Positions 1-12,891 of a DNA stretch of 64,000 nt are shown piece by piece. Source of the stretch: Tricharina praecox (taxonomy: Eukaryota); assembly GCF_024521635.1 (NCBI RefSeq), contig NW_026250428.1, positions 186,001-250,000 of the forward strand, written 5' to 3'. The position numbers were made by a program, and so were the translations under genes. The notes beneath the pieces were generated by a model that worked only from the letters and a program-made list of their open reading frames with translations, made no database searches and was not told the DNA's origin. Positions within the stretch are counted from its first letter, which is position 1; every line of letters begins with the position of its first letter.

Positions 1-95
1 GTTCCGTGCCGAGTACTATCCCCCGTGCAGCCACAAACATGAGGAACGTGAGGATGGTTTGCTTCCAAGCATGGTAATTTTCGCTGTTTAGGAGC
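1..95 (-). mobile_element. Ty1/Copia gag N-terminal fragment running off the window edge
   Basis: Minus strand reads NSENYHAWKQTILTFLMFVAARGIVLGTE, parallel to the gag start at ~2.8 kb (ERNYHEWKNDIMDFMGMEDSLDIVLGIE); NYxxW is typical of Copia gag N-termini. Confidence 0.55.
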
Positions 96-139
96 TCAAC
101 GGAACCATGCTTGCACGTGAACATGTTGGTTGAGGCCAT

Positions 140-475
140 TGCGAGTGGGTATCGGTTGTTCGAAGCGAGAAAATATATTCGCAGTCGACTCCTCCTTTGC
201 TTCGGTCCCCCCGCTCACTCTTCTTTACGTTGAAGATCCACTCTGGTGGAGGTCGGCGGCGCCGTGACTGACCTGGAGCACGAGGTTCGGTGGGGATCTG
301 TTCGTAGATCTCCTGCATCGTACGATATTCCGCCGTGCCGGGAATGAGGGCGTTCCGTCGTTGCTCTGCAACCCGTTCCTTCTCCTCCTGCCTCTCATTC
401 TCAATAATCAACATCTTGCTTTGAAGCTCTTCCTTCGATTCCTTCTCCCAAAGAAAAGATGGACCATTCATCCCA
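140..475 (-). mobile_element. Tc1/mariner-like transposase internal fragment
   Basis: ORF 88..471 contains GPSFLWEKES...RGDRSKGGVD, which I recognise from fungal Tc1-like transposases; truncated at both ends. Confidence 0.55.
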
Positions 476-481
476 TATGCC

Positions 482-1200
482 AGCGCGCCTCAGAAGATAA
501 TCCGGGCGGAACCCTTTTCTTCTTGGGACGGGCATGTGGGCTCAATGTGTCCCCACGATTGGCAGATCTCACACTGCGTGTCTGGCTTGACGTCCCGGTA
601 CTCCTCACTCTTGATCAGTCTGCCACAGAGCCGCAGTCCCTTCCTAGCCGCAGCACACTCTCCAGGTTTCTTCCCCATGCGACCATAATCACCGTGCCTG
701 TTTTCTCCCGTCCTCTTTCTTCATCTCTGCTCTTAGAATTTCCTCTGAGCCAAGCCAGCGGAGTCTCTGCAAGATTTTCAGCCCAAACTGGGCATTTTAT
801 GCCTCCAGTGCCTTGTGTAGGGTGTCCAGTCCGTCATCGGTCAAGAAGATGTCCAGCGGGATGCGGTAGAGCTTGACTTTCATCCGTTGCTCGTCAGCCC
901 TGACCTCTGCGATGCCTGGATCCACTGTGCGTGCTGCCTGTAGAATCTGGTCCTGATAGCGCAGGAGAATCACGGCATCCGCTCTATTCGCCGCCATTGT
1001 GGTTCCCTCGGCTGTTGACATTCACCTGGCCTATCCTTACGTGACGGGGTGCCCCCGCCTCGTGCCGGGCGCTGCCTCGGCCCCTTGCTATAGCCTCCGC
1101 TGCCAGTCCCCCATCTTCTGGTCGAGCATTGCGGCTAGGCTCTCACTGAGCTGGCCTGCAATGAGTTGCCTCTCGGCACTTGCCGCTCAAGCTAGGCCCC
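482..1200 (-). mobile_element. Tad1-like LINE ORF1 (gag-like) relic
   Basis: CCHC knuckle QCEICQSWGHIEPTC preceded by KGLRLCGRLIKSEEY; upstream frame ILQAARTVDPGIAEVRADEQRMKVKLYRIPL; frameshifted. Confidence 0.65.
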
Positions 1201-1474
1201 AGCCTTCATGAGGGCTCCCATGACCGACTGGAGAAGTACTTGCCTTCGCGATTGCTGGCTGGGGGACGGTTCGCGTAGCGTCGCGCGATGATGCTGTGGC
1301 TCTGTCGGGCCGCCAATGGTTTTTTCTGCTGGGTAGCTGGGTGGTGCTGGCGAGGCGTTGCCATGGCCCCTGTGCAAGCGCCTTGGTGCTGCAAGGCGCA
1401 TGAGCTGGCGCCCGGGAGTTCCTCTTCCGGGGGAAATTTGGTTTCCGACGCGGGCTGGCTGTTGTTCAGGGTCC

Positions 1475-1790
1475 GCAGCAGGTACGAGCACAGTGAGTGA
1501 AAATATGTATCCTCGCAGACACGGAAGCAGACATTCATGTCCATGATCTACTGAAGGAGGATGTCCTTGAAGATGTCGATGTTGAAGATTATCCGTGGCT
1601 TCGACTGGTCAAACGCGCTCTCGATCGTCTGCTGCGTCTTGGTTCCCCGTTCGGTAGCAATGTTCCCGTCTGGACCGATACGGTACTTGGAACGCAGATG
1701 TGCAATTTCGTTTTTCGTAGTCGTCATTGCGGAGGTGGCAGCAGTTAATGGATTCGGGCCTGCTCGTAAATACCTCAGTCAAGGCCTATG
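1475..1790 (-). mobile_element. hAT transposase N-terminal relic
   Basis: Minus-strand translation TTKNEIAHLRSKYRIG (BED-finger end) ... FNIDIFKDILLQ*IMDMNVCFRVCEDTYFHSLCSYLL resembles the hAT W-I-x-PF-xx-E-xx-F block; internal stop. Confidence 0.55.
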
Positions 1791-2099
1791 AGTGGTGTTA
1801 GCGATGGAAAGCCACTTACATCGCTAGTATTGCCATCGGGGAATCCCCCTCACCGTACACTCCTTCTCATTCTCCGGCAGCCAGATATGGCTTGAGCGAA
1901 CCTTCGTCTTCGCTTTGAAAACCGCCGGGATCGAGTCGGTGTCTGCCGACGCGGCCTGTGAACTATTTTCCGGTTCCAGAAGCTGATGGATATACTGTGG
2001 CAGGTCGGATAAGACCGGAGGATAAGAAGGAAGTGATGAGCTGTCTCGTGACGTTTTGGAGTCATAGCGAGTGCGGCTTAACCGGCCATCCGTGGATAG

Positions 2100-2280
2100 G
2101 ATTAAGGCGTCAAGCCGGGCTCATAACCTCATGAATAATGAGGTATGTAGAAGAAGGTAATGAATTCGGTACAGAAACAATATAGTGAGCAGTTAGCTCT
2201 CTCAATATAAAAGCTTCACGGACCAGGGTATATGGGCTTCGATCCCTTCGGGAGGTAGGTCTCCCGCGCTCGGCCCATGT
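2100..2280 (-). mobile_element. Copia LTR remnant followed by PBS-region motif GGTTATGAGCCC
   Basis: Plus-strand gggctcataacc at ~2117-2128 is the motif commonly found just inside fungal Copia 5' LTRs; an AT-rich, TATA-containing segment precedes it on the minus strand. The LTR outer boundary is approximate. Confidence 0.5.
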
Positions 2281-2402
2281 TTTGAAAGCGTTGATTCAGC
2301 CAAGGCGTCTGAGTCGATGATCCAGGTGGATGGTGGATACTTCCGCCGATAAGGCGAAGTGGGCTAACCGGAGGGCACCGAAGTGGGCGTCGAGATAGTC
2401 CA

Positions 2403-2965
2403 CTAACCGCTATTCCGTCTTCCCTCGGGATTGCCGTATGTCAGAGATATGTTTTCGGATACAGGAATGCTCGGCTTCATGACGGATGTGTGGAAGCGGG
2501 AAAGAATGGTGACCCGACCGGACTGACTGGAGTTGGTGTCGTAGCGTGCGCGCACAGCTTCCCAGGCGCGCTGGGGGTCGCGGTGCCCCAGGGAGCTGAT
2601 AAAGGTTCGGACACTTCGATTCGCGGACGACCGAATGATACCGTATGCGAGGTTGGTACGCCTGCGGTTGTCCCGTACTTGCGCCGATGCGTTCGCCGGA
2701 GGTGGGGGTTCTATTCCTAGCACGATGTCAAGGGAATCTTCCATTCCCATGAAGTCCATGATGTCGTTTTTCCACTCGTGATAGTTTCTCTCCGTGAGGA
2801 GATCCGTGGAGCCATACTTGCATCAGTATTTCTTAGGATCCATTTCGAGTCGTCAGGACACGAGAGGTGTCGGCAACGGAAAAAGAAACAATTTTCGCTA
2901 ATGAACATAGGGTATGAAGAAAAAGAATGGTTTTGGGGGTTTTAAGCGTCAAAACCCGGGCTCGT
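2403..2965 (-). mobile_element. Ty1/Copia gag relic with leader and PBS-region motif (AGTTACGAGCCC at ~2948-2959)
   Basis: NYHEWKNDIMDFMGMEDSLDIVLGIEPPPP...AYGIIRSS...DPQRAWEAVRARY resembles the Copia gag (UBN2-type) domain; frameshift near the start; no intact pol. Confidence 0.7.
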
Positions 2966-2994
2966 AACTTGTCGAAGACATATCTGACAACTTC

Positions 2995-3480
2995 TAAATG
3001 TGGTTGATGAGAGCGTTGTCGGAGATGGCCTCGGCGGTGCTCTGAAGTGTATGTCGGTAGAGGATCATTCGCTCGCGGTAACCTCATATCGGTTCTTCGG
3101 GATTTTCAATTGGTTGTCAAGCTGGCAGGATAGTATGCTGCAACTCGCGGTTGTAGCAGTGTTGTTAAGCTTGTCCCTTAGAATATCCGACATTACTGCG
3201 GGATCTTCAACGTTCTCTATCGAGGGTAGGACTTCGTCGGAGCAGGCAAACTCTTGCCTGCGATCGTCTGGTGCGGTAGAGTGTGTGTGTTGCTCGAGAG
3301 GCAGCAGTTTGGCCGACCGGTGGTTCTTCCTCTTGCCGGAGGACGATGGGGAGAGCATCTAGCGTTTCTAGGACGGAGGAGACCTGGCCTCTCCAGTTCA
3401 GGTAGTTGTGGTTGGAGCTTCTCGAAGTTTCCGTACGTGAACGTGTGGGAGAGCGGGAATGTGTTTGTGTTCATTCTGAC
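2995..3480 (-). mobile_element. A different Ty1/Copia gag relic
   Basis: Frameshifted pieces NHNYLNWRGQVSSVLETLDALPIVLRQEEEPP, ACSDEVLPSIENVEDPAVMSDILRDKLN and AISDNALINHI. Confidence 0.6.
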
Positions 3481-6400
3481 GAGAATGGTAAGGATGGACG
3501 GTAGGTAAGTGGGGTAAATATTTCTCAGGGTCAGCTCCATGTCCGTCCTATTTTCCTCTCCTTCCTTCTCGGCCTGCAGCCGCTCCCTGAGCGGAGTGCC
3601 CTCGCAGGCGCCGGCCCCAAAACCACTGTCCTTCTCGTTGCCCACCCTCTTCCTGGTCTCTGGGGCCGTGTATGATATTGTGATGTTGAGTTGGCTGTCG
3701 GAAGTTTCTCTCGATACCGAGAATGGTCTGGCGTCGATAGGTCTGGGCTACTTTAACGACGCATGTGATGACGGGGGTTGGTGGTGCTGCTTTGCTGTTT
3801 GTTTGATCATTGGTTGCATGCGACCTATCTATATCATGGCAATAGAGGCAAGGAGACGCGTAATAACCGGCATCGACCATGCGCCGCTAAGTGTGTGGCA
3901 TTCCGTGATTCGGCTGCACACGCAGCAACTCCGCGGTCCGGTAAAAGTGATTGCCTGAGCTGGGATACCTACGCACGCAGTTAGAATATTGATCGGTAGA
4001 GCATACCCATTCGGTTGGTCGTACTTACAATTTTCTGGCTGCTTCTCTTCCCTCTCCCTCAGCTCCCGCTCCATAAACTCCCACTCGTTGAGTTCCCATC
4101 AGGATCAGTGAGGCGGATATAGGCAGTCGCCGAGGAAGATGCAGTAAGCGAGGTGTCCGAGTGGTAGTCAAGGGTGTGGGAAGATAGGGAGGCGGAGTTG
4201 AGGCGAGAGTATGAGGAGGGTGTTGAGGTTGAGGAGCCGGGGATACTCCCGCTGTTCCTACCCCGCCTTTCTTCATGGCATCTCAAACAGGAGGCGAGAC
4301 GGAGTAGGGAAATGAAGATTTATTTCTGCAGTGTTATTCGTGATTTCGCTCGAGCTGAAGCTTTCATCATCGTCAGCATTATTGTAGTGGAGGAGAGCGG
4401 ATAGGTAGTGTACTCTTCCAATTGTCGCTGTTGCCAATATTGCTGTTCCTGAAAACCAGACTTCGATCCCGTGTCATCTTCACCGCCGAAAATCGTTGCC
4501 CACTCTATGACGCTGCCTCCACAGTCTCCAAACACTGTTATCATGGCAACGTCCGGGCCGATGCCGCTGCCGCCATGCGTCGTTCCTTCCAAAGGCACGC
4601 GGTTCATCGTTGTGATTGCCTCCCTCCTTTTCTCTCCGAAAACGAGGCCGCAGTCGTCGTGTTTCGTGGATGCCATTGATCAGGCCTGACTTGCCAGATT
4701 ACGATCGAAAATTGGGGCGGCATAGTCGTAGTCATCTCCGCCCCTCACCGAGTTTCCTTCTCCGCCGAAGGATAGAACGTTTCCCCGCATGTCGCTTCAA
4801 TAGAGGTGGTGATCGGTATTGTAGTAGAGGTATCGCAATTAGGCTACTCGTCCCACAGTCGGTGCTGTCGAGTAGTATCCCTCGTCATGTTCCTCCTTCT
4901 TCTCCGAAGACCGGTACCGGTACCGCAGTGATCGGCTCGCCACTGCAACGAAGATAGCTCCTCCCGGTGTAGTGTCTAGAAGGAGGCGGCGATGGATGTC
5001 ATCGCTGAGCGGTGGAGGGGAAAGAGGATGACGATGGCGATGGCGAGGATGGCGATGAGGATGAAGATAAGGAGTAGGAGGAGAAGGAGCTTCTGGAAAC
5101 TCCTGTAGTCGCTGTAGCCGATGTTACCTTTGTCTCAATCATCGTAAGCGATGGCCCGTGAGGCAATCCTCTGGCAAAACATACCGATATTTCGACACTA
5201 ACTTCCGCTTCTCCCGTCTTCTTCCCTTCGTAGCGAGTGCCCTCAATCTAGCAGTCCACCGCAACCTTCTTCCTGAGGCAAACAGGCGTCGTATGTGTAA
5301 CTTCGATGACCGTTGCATCTTTGTGGTGGTTTGGTGATATGGGTGGAGGTGGAGGCGGTCGTGGTTCGCAGTATTCGGAGGGGGTAGGTGCGGGGTAATG
5401 GGCAAACTTTAGAATATCTAGCAGCGATGGGCATCTACTTTCGCGTAATCCAACCACCGTCTCATCGCTTCGTGGCGCAACAGTGGCTTGCGGTCTCCCA
5501 CCACCGCCACCGGTTGATTTGAGCCTCTGCGGCGATGTGCGAAACAGGCGAGTGAAAAGCCATCCACCGAACGGGCGGGCCGCGGGCATCTAGGTACTCT
5601 AGAGTAGCGACACGATCGGCCGCACCCACCACCAGCACGCTTGACAAGAAACATCGCCGTCACGATTTCTGCCGTTCGGTCCGTCGCATCGGTGGCATCG
5701 GTACAGTCCTGCGTTCTTCATACGTTGCCCCGCTGTTCTCAATGCGGTCGAGCATGCCGTACTCACTTGGTAACAATACGCGACATGACATCACCGTCAT
5801 CACTGCGATCAGGATTCAAAGGCTCACAGCACGGTTATATGGCATACCCATTTCCGGCATATTCCATCGGAACGGCGGAACCTCCCGAGCATGTACGCAC
5901 GGCCCGCAAAGCTCGGAAACCGGAACTTGGAAGAGCAAATTTTGTGGTAAAAAGCAATGCGCACACGTGACTTCGCGCCAAATGGCTTCCAAGCGAATTC
6001 GTGAAATGTGTAGCGAAAAGCAGGCGCCACGGAATCGCCAGCCCTTTACCGCAGATCGCCTGACCACACTGCTCTATGTACATCATATGATCTCGCCCTC
6101 CCGCGGTGCTTTCCCTCCCGCGGTGCTTTCCTTCCCGGCTGTCCTGGTTCCTGTACATACCAGCGGTTCCCGTCCCGCCCATCCCCTGTAGGCTGTTCCC
6201 GGGATCCCCGATCGTAAAGCAACCCGAAAGCTAACTCTCCCGGGCTTAGGTTAGCCGGGTGGGCTGGGTTCGAAACCACGGTACGCAACATACGCTTAAC
6301 TCCACCACCCGGCATGTATATACACACGAGATCACAGCTTAGATACGCCCTACGGCCCGCGGGATGAAAGGAGGTGGTTGGTTGTTGTCGTCGAGCGCAG

Positions 6401-8109
6401 ATGTGTGTCACTTTTATCACCGCGAGGAGACAGAAGTTGGAACCACCAAATTTGATTGTCCCTGAATAACTAAGCGCACTCCACCCCTCCATCCCGGGAA
6501 CAGCTGGAGGGGGCCAATAAATCGGTATTTTTGTCGTTCCGAAGGAATCCTGGTGAAAGTGACGAAATAGGTAGAAACAAAAACACAGAAACACACCGAA
6601 CACCAGCCCTATTGACCTGACAGTGAGGTCAATAGAGTACACTGGATAACCCTGACCGAATGGCAGCGAATTCTAGAAGAAAACAAAAATCAATCGCAAT
6701 CCCCAAAAAAAAAAAAAAATAGAAAAGAAAAGAAAATTTTCACCGGTCCTGGGGAAGTTGCGGCTGCCGTCGCCGCCGTCCGCCTATAACTTCGCTGCTG
6801 CGGCCTCCTCGAGATTCTTCTCCGGCCCCTCCGTGCCGGCGGCCTCGTCATCGCTGTTGGCCTCGACCGGCGATTGGGTTCCGGGAGGCGGCGTTTGGTG
6901 GATTCGCCACTTGACGAGGGGCCGGTTGGGACCCATTGACCGCTCGTAGCAGTACTGGATTCCGTTCTCCCAGACGTACCGGGTTTCCGGGGTCTAAGAT
7001 GCGAATATCCTGTCAGCTTTCTGGACGGAAGGAGGAACTCGGGATGATACTGGGCTGGTATTTGCCGGGGGAACTGGGGAATGGCGAGAATTGAAAAGGG
7101 ATTCCGGCGGTACGGGAGGTAGACTTACCCAGGGGCCGGCGCTGGAGTGGCAGGAGACCGTGGGGATCGTCATGCTCGCGAGCTATAAGATGGATCAAAG
7201 GGTAGGTGGGGAAACGTTGTTTGTGTGTGGTTGTGCTCTGGTCGTAATGTTTTGGGTGACGAGCTCAATTCCACCGTTCCGACGGGCTCTTTATATGCTT
7301 TCGTCCCACGTCCATGGGAGCAGTTAGGGAGGGGGAGGGCGGTATCCATCACTCGCGACAACAACGGGTCACCGGTCTCCCGGTGTTGGCATCACACATC
7401 CAGTCGTGAGAAATCACCATCACCCTCTCTCCCGCATGGAGTACGTAGACGGGATTTGACGTTCAGTGACGGCCAGCGACGGCCGCAATAGGTAGGCGCA
7501 GGGAGAACTCCAGTGCAGCACTGAGGTCCCCCCCCCCCCCCCCCCCCCGCGCGCGCAAGACGACCAGCGAGCAAACATTGGTAGCGGACCGGTGAGCACA
7601 CCAATGCAGCTGGAGCAGCGATGAATGAGCTGGGATAGATGAATCAACCGGTCAAGGCGAACGGTTCAAGCGCGAGAGCGAACGGCTGAAACAGCGAACC
7701 AACAAACCAACCAGCCGGTGAAATGGCCTGAGCCTACATACCGTGGATAGGTTGGTACTAACGCAGTTAGAAGTCCTGGTGTTGTCTATTAACGGATGAC
7801 AGAGCTGAGGTGGCACATCCGCAAGTTGCCTGTTGTTTCCGGCGATGTCGACCATCAAAGTAAAGTAATGTGAAATGCGACGTTGCGAACCTCCAACCGG
7901 AAGCGAGAAGCGGCAGTAAGCGAACAATCGACAAGGGGCGGGGCGCGGCGTGGCGCATACTAGTACACGGAGATCCGCAGCAGGTGCCGGTGTGGGGGCC
8001 GTTGGTTGGATGGATGGATGATAGCAGATGTGAAACTACACCCTACTCCGTCCATATTTCGGCTATACCGAGGTGCTGTGACGTAGCTTTGGAAGAGAGA
8101 AGGCGAAAA

Positions 8110-8337
8110 TGAAAGATGATGAAGAAGTTGAGGTTGTATTCAACTTCGAAGAGCCATCTATAGTAGAGTAATATGGCTCTCTTTGGCTGCTTACAACGTT
8201 CGGTGTCACTCGAGCGGGCTAGTCCGGTTAACAACACCATTCGGATCCACCGATCCGACTAGCCTCACCTCCTCCTATCTTATCTGATCTTCCATCCAAC
8301 CCTACCTATGCTCCTCTCATCGTGGTGGCAGACGACA
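8110..8337 (+). repeat. ~230-bp dispersed direct repeat, copy 1
   Basis: Aligns by eye with 11736-11964 (tgaaagatgatgaaga...cttcgaagagccatcta...caacgttcggtgtcactcga...ggcagacgaca). Confidence 0.85.
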
Positions 8338-10291
8338 TGCTGGAGACATGGTGCTCTAGTCGGTTAGGAGACGCACACTAGATATATAACGGGCAAGGTA
8401 TGTGCACTCGTGTAGACTACCCTGGAAGTCTGCCTTGAGCCGTGAATCGTGATGTTGGACTAAAGTGCGGGAATCCACGGCTATGCACGGCGGGAGGGCC
8501 AGTTTTATTTCGTATTTGCACTGTGCACGACATCCCGTCGGTAAGATGTAGGTATGTGTTCACCGCTATCTTTCTCGGTACTAGCTAATTGTGATATGAG
8601 AGATCTTTACCCGTGAATTCACTGCGCCACTTATGTCTCGCTCAATACAGACCTATCACTCGTCGGGGCATCGAAAGTTCGTTCATGCTCGAGCCCAACT
8701 GTTCTAGATCCCCCCACGCGATTTTGCCATGGCGGAAGAGCAGCAGACGGGCATCTGCTGTCTATTGACTGTCATTCGCCACCGGCTCACAGGCTACAAC
8801 TGTTGGCTGTTGGACTCAAGCTTCAAGGATCCCACACACTCCATCTTCCAACCTTTTCTAGACAAATGTCCTGCTAACCGTTGACTGACATTGAACACTG
8901 ACAAACATTCCTGCCAGGGATCGATAACTACTCTACTGCATGCCGTTGACTACACTGCACCAACCGGCAAGGATTGATCGACCGACGACACAATATATCA
9001 TCCGCGGTTGAGGGGAAAGGGAAGTCACGCCCCGACCTTCCCATCTTCTGGCTGACTGACAGAATCCGGCAGGAAATGAAGCGGGGAGTCTTGTAACGGC
9101 AGACAGACGGGAGAAATCAGAGCTCATGGCGGGCAGCGACCGGATACCGTATGTAATCGTATTCGGCTTCCCCGCATTGAAGAAACCTGTTTTCTTTCCT
9201 TTTACAGATAGTGTTTTTCGCTCGACGGCCCGTTCCGTAGCGTGGAGAGTGCGAGCGAGCGTGTTTGTTTTCTCACAGCGTAGGATTTCCCTTTGCAAGG
9301 CAGCCACAACCACCACACGATCAAGTGCACGAGTTGTCCCACTGTTCTGCATAAAAAAGCTGCCCGTTGGCTCCGACGCCCGTGTTGGCCAACGCACCCA
9401 CGTTCATCATTGATGATGCAGATGCCCGATCGATTACTCCGCACACCGGTTTTAGGAGGTTATTATGCAGCTGAGCTACTTACTGGCCGAATAGCTGTCG
9501 TATCTGCTCGGCGACTTTGCCTCAAGCCATAGAGAAGCAAGAAAATGCGGTCCGTAAAATCCCACTGGCTGATTATAATTTCAGCTTGAATTCAGTGTTT
9601 TCCGGCACCACCTCCCGGCGCCCGCAGGCGGCGACGAATCCTCACGCCTCTTCCCCGCATGCCTCTACCCCGCACGCCCGCACGCCCGCACGCAGCGCGC
9701 ACGGACCGCAATACCGTGGTTCTCTCATGACCATATTCCTGCCGATACCTAGTATATATGTACATGTGCATGCGAGATGCGAGATAGAGGATCTGCTGGC
9801 CTCCCACTGGCTGGAGGCGTTCGGCATGCATCATGTCTCCGCACCCGGCGGCTGGCGTACATAATGCCTGGTGGCGACGAAAAAAAGAGACCACGTCCGA
9901 CAGAAAGACAGACAGACAATAAATCCGCCGCGAGAAAACCAGTTTTTTTCTCTCGAAGGTGGTGCATTCTAGGTATGTTGCGCTGCGGGGAAGTTCGACG
10001 TTTTACTTTTTCGATCGGTCGGTCGTGCTGATTTCTCTCCCGCCGGCCCGCTCCAGGACAGTTGACGATGCTTGGTTATCGTTATCGTTATCGCCTCAGT
10101 AATGTGCGCTGTCCTTCGCTTGCCCGTGCGGGGTAAATCCTCGAGGTTGTGTGTGGGCGCAACAGGTTTTCCTGTCGAAGCTGCAGAGTGCATGTCTCAG
10201 GATGCATGCGCATGTGCCGTTAGCTGCCTAAATATCAGTGAAACTGTCCGCTAGGACTCAACGAGGATCCCCAGGATCGAATGCGAAACAT

Positions 10292-10292
<1 letters not shown>

Positions 10293-10326
<34 letters not shown>
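10293..10326. repeat. (GT)n microsatellite
   Basis: Perfect GT run. Confidence 0.95.
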
Positions 10327-10327
<1 letters not shown>

Positions 10328-11199
10328 GACATTGAAGCCTGAAGCCTGACGCCTGAACAATACTGGCGACAACCCGTGGCGAGAATCCGCCGGCTTGCGG
10401 GGCTGGTGATTAGCTGTGACACATACCGTACGCATTGTCACGTCGAAACGTAATCCAGCAGGTGGGTGGGTATGTTCGCACGGTACTGAGACGCCGTTGG
10501 CAGTGTGGACGCAAAAAAAACGTGAAGTTTGAACAGACCATAGGCGTAACCTCGTTGGGATATTTTGAGATATTCCACGGGACTTCGAACTTGTCGGATC
10601 GAACATGAGGTGTTCTTTCACGGTCGATTACCCACCGTGTTGGGAAGTTGAAGGCGATTTACGCTTCCCAATCAGCATGCTCCGCGTCGGCCAACCTCCA
10701 TCTTCTTGTCCCGAGCTGCTTACTCAACCACCACCGTCTCCACACGGCTGGAGCAGCCGTTCACCATCGGGGTTCATCCAATTGTCTCGCCGACGGCATC
10801 GGGGATCATCCACATGTCTCGCCGATGGCATCGAGGGTGGGTACACTCACTGCTAGGTACACTTAGCAGTGGCGGTGGCAGAATGGGAACTCAACCTCAC
10901 GACTCTGATGTCAACCGTCGCCCTCCATTTGCAAGCGATGCGTGAGTGTTTTCTCGCAGGTGATGATTGGGAATCGAAATCGTAGAGGTACGCTGACTTT
11001 GCTGCCACCAACAGTCAGATCATGAAAACGCACTCGACGAATGTCCACCAATCCCCGTGTGAAGACTGAAGTTACCGTGCAGCAGGAATAGGACGAGGAA
11101 CAGCGGCGTGACGTGGCTGGAGACGTAGCTTTAGAGACCGGTGCTGGGCGCGAAGGGGAACGACGAGTGGAATGACGAGTAATTGCTTGGGTACCGTAT

Positions 11200-11510
11200 T
11201 TGATGACGTTGACGGCGTTGATGGCATTGATTCCGAGGACGAGGACTATAACGACGGGGAGGGACCGAGGATTGGGAAGACGAGTGATGGCGTTGATGGT
11301 ATTGATGATATTGACGGCGTTGATGGCGAGGACGAGAACCACGACGACGCGGAGGGAACGAGGAGTAGGAAGACGACTGATCGCTTGTGTACCTTAGCTG
11401 ATGTTATCGATGGTGTTGATGGTATTGATGCCGTCAATGATGGTATTGATGGTATTGACGGTGTTGATGATGGCATTGATGGCGACTCCGAGGACGGGGG
11501 CCAGGACGAC
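11200..11510 (+). repeat. Degenerate 9-bp GAYGGYRTT minisatellite in ~3 higher-order blocks (Asp/Gly-rich ORF 11172..11738)
   Basis: Repeated gatggtatt/gacggcgtt units, each block ending in gaggacgag...acgacg; coding status uncertain. Confidence 0.7.
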
Positions 11511-11735
11511 GGGAGGAGATGGGGGAGAGGGTATAAGGATGCTCAAAGGCGTATACAGTCTCGGTGGCCGTTCCGACGTGGGGAGACGGGAGAGGGGCCT
11601 GGGGGTGATGATTTATCAACTTTAGTCATGTGGATCAGAAATCATCAGAGGGCGGAACATACCTCGACGCCCATGACCTCCACGCCCACCGACCCTACTG
11701 ATGTAATCCTTGAAGTGGCAGCAAGACGGTTAAGA

Positions 11736-11964
11736 TGAAAGATGATGAAGAGGTTGAGGTTGCATTCGACTTCGAAGAGCCATCTAACATGGCTCTCCTC
11801 CGCCGCCAACCTACAACGTTCGGTGTCACTCGATCCGGCTAGGTAGTGCTGTGGAAATCCCCATTGGGATCCACCTATACGACTAGTTAGCCTCGCCCCC
11901 TCCTATCGTATCAGATCCCCCATCTACCCCACATGTGGTCCTCTCATGGGGATGGCAGACGACA
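11736..11964 (+). repeat. ~230-bp dispersed direct repeat, copy 2
   Basis: Diverged copy of 8110-8337. Confidence 0.85.
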
Positions 11965-12891
11965 CCCACACCCATGAACTACGGACGACGAACCCGCCTA
12001 CCAACACATTGTGTACCCATACCCACGCGGCCACGCCGTCCACCACTCTGGGATGGCGAAAGCTCGGCACCTTCGAGGCTTCGCCACGTGTGATTAGAAC
12101 TATGAACCAAGCTACTATAAATAGCGGCGTGCTGGACTGTTAGATTGGGCGGGGCGGGGCTGGGGTGGTACTCTCGGTACTCTACTCTACATGCTTCTAC
12201 TCTACCTGGCCCGGGGACCGACTCTGCTGACAGACAGAGTCCGCTGAGCAATGAGCATCGACAAGGGAAATGGTGATCAGTTATCTCAGGCTAAGTTGTA
12301 ACTAACGGTCATGGGAATCGGAATGGGAATCGGCCAAAGTAGGTGTATCCATGGATGCGGCCGGGCACCGTACAGATATCGCCGTCGTGGAAATATAAGG
12401 CGTGGAGATTTCCGTTGGTGCTGATGTAGTATGTACCGAGGCGCGTCACGATATTACAGATAGTCATGTTACATGTTATCATCAACCGTGGGATGAATAC
12501 TAGGAGGATCATCACTCGACAATCGCTGTATGAGGCTGCTATGGAGGGTACCATAGGATACCTAGGTTCTGCGGAACTTCGCCTTCTCCAAAAGTGATAC
12601 ATACATGAACCCGTTGGACACGACTTTCGAGGGCCACGACGCCACGTTGGTGCTTCGTTGTTTTCACATACCCTCCGAATAGTAAGCGCCTCCGAACTAC
12701 AGGAATCCCATTCGATTCTGTTCCCTATTAAAACTTAAAACAACAGTACTCCGTTCGCCTCCCCTCCAGGCCCTCTCTTCCGACCAGTGACCACCTTAAG
12801 ACTACAAGAAAGCCTTCCCTCCAATTCTTTTCCGTATCAAAAGAACAGTGGGTAAGTAAGTGATGCCGCCCGATCGTTACGTCACTTTCAT

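Noticed and set aside
6609..6635. Hairpin CTATTGACCT-N7-AGGTCAATAG as a Helitron 3' end
   Set aside because: No well-placed CTRR terminus and no second copy to define a boundary.
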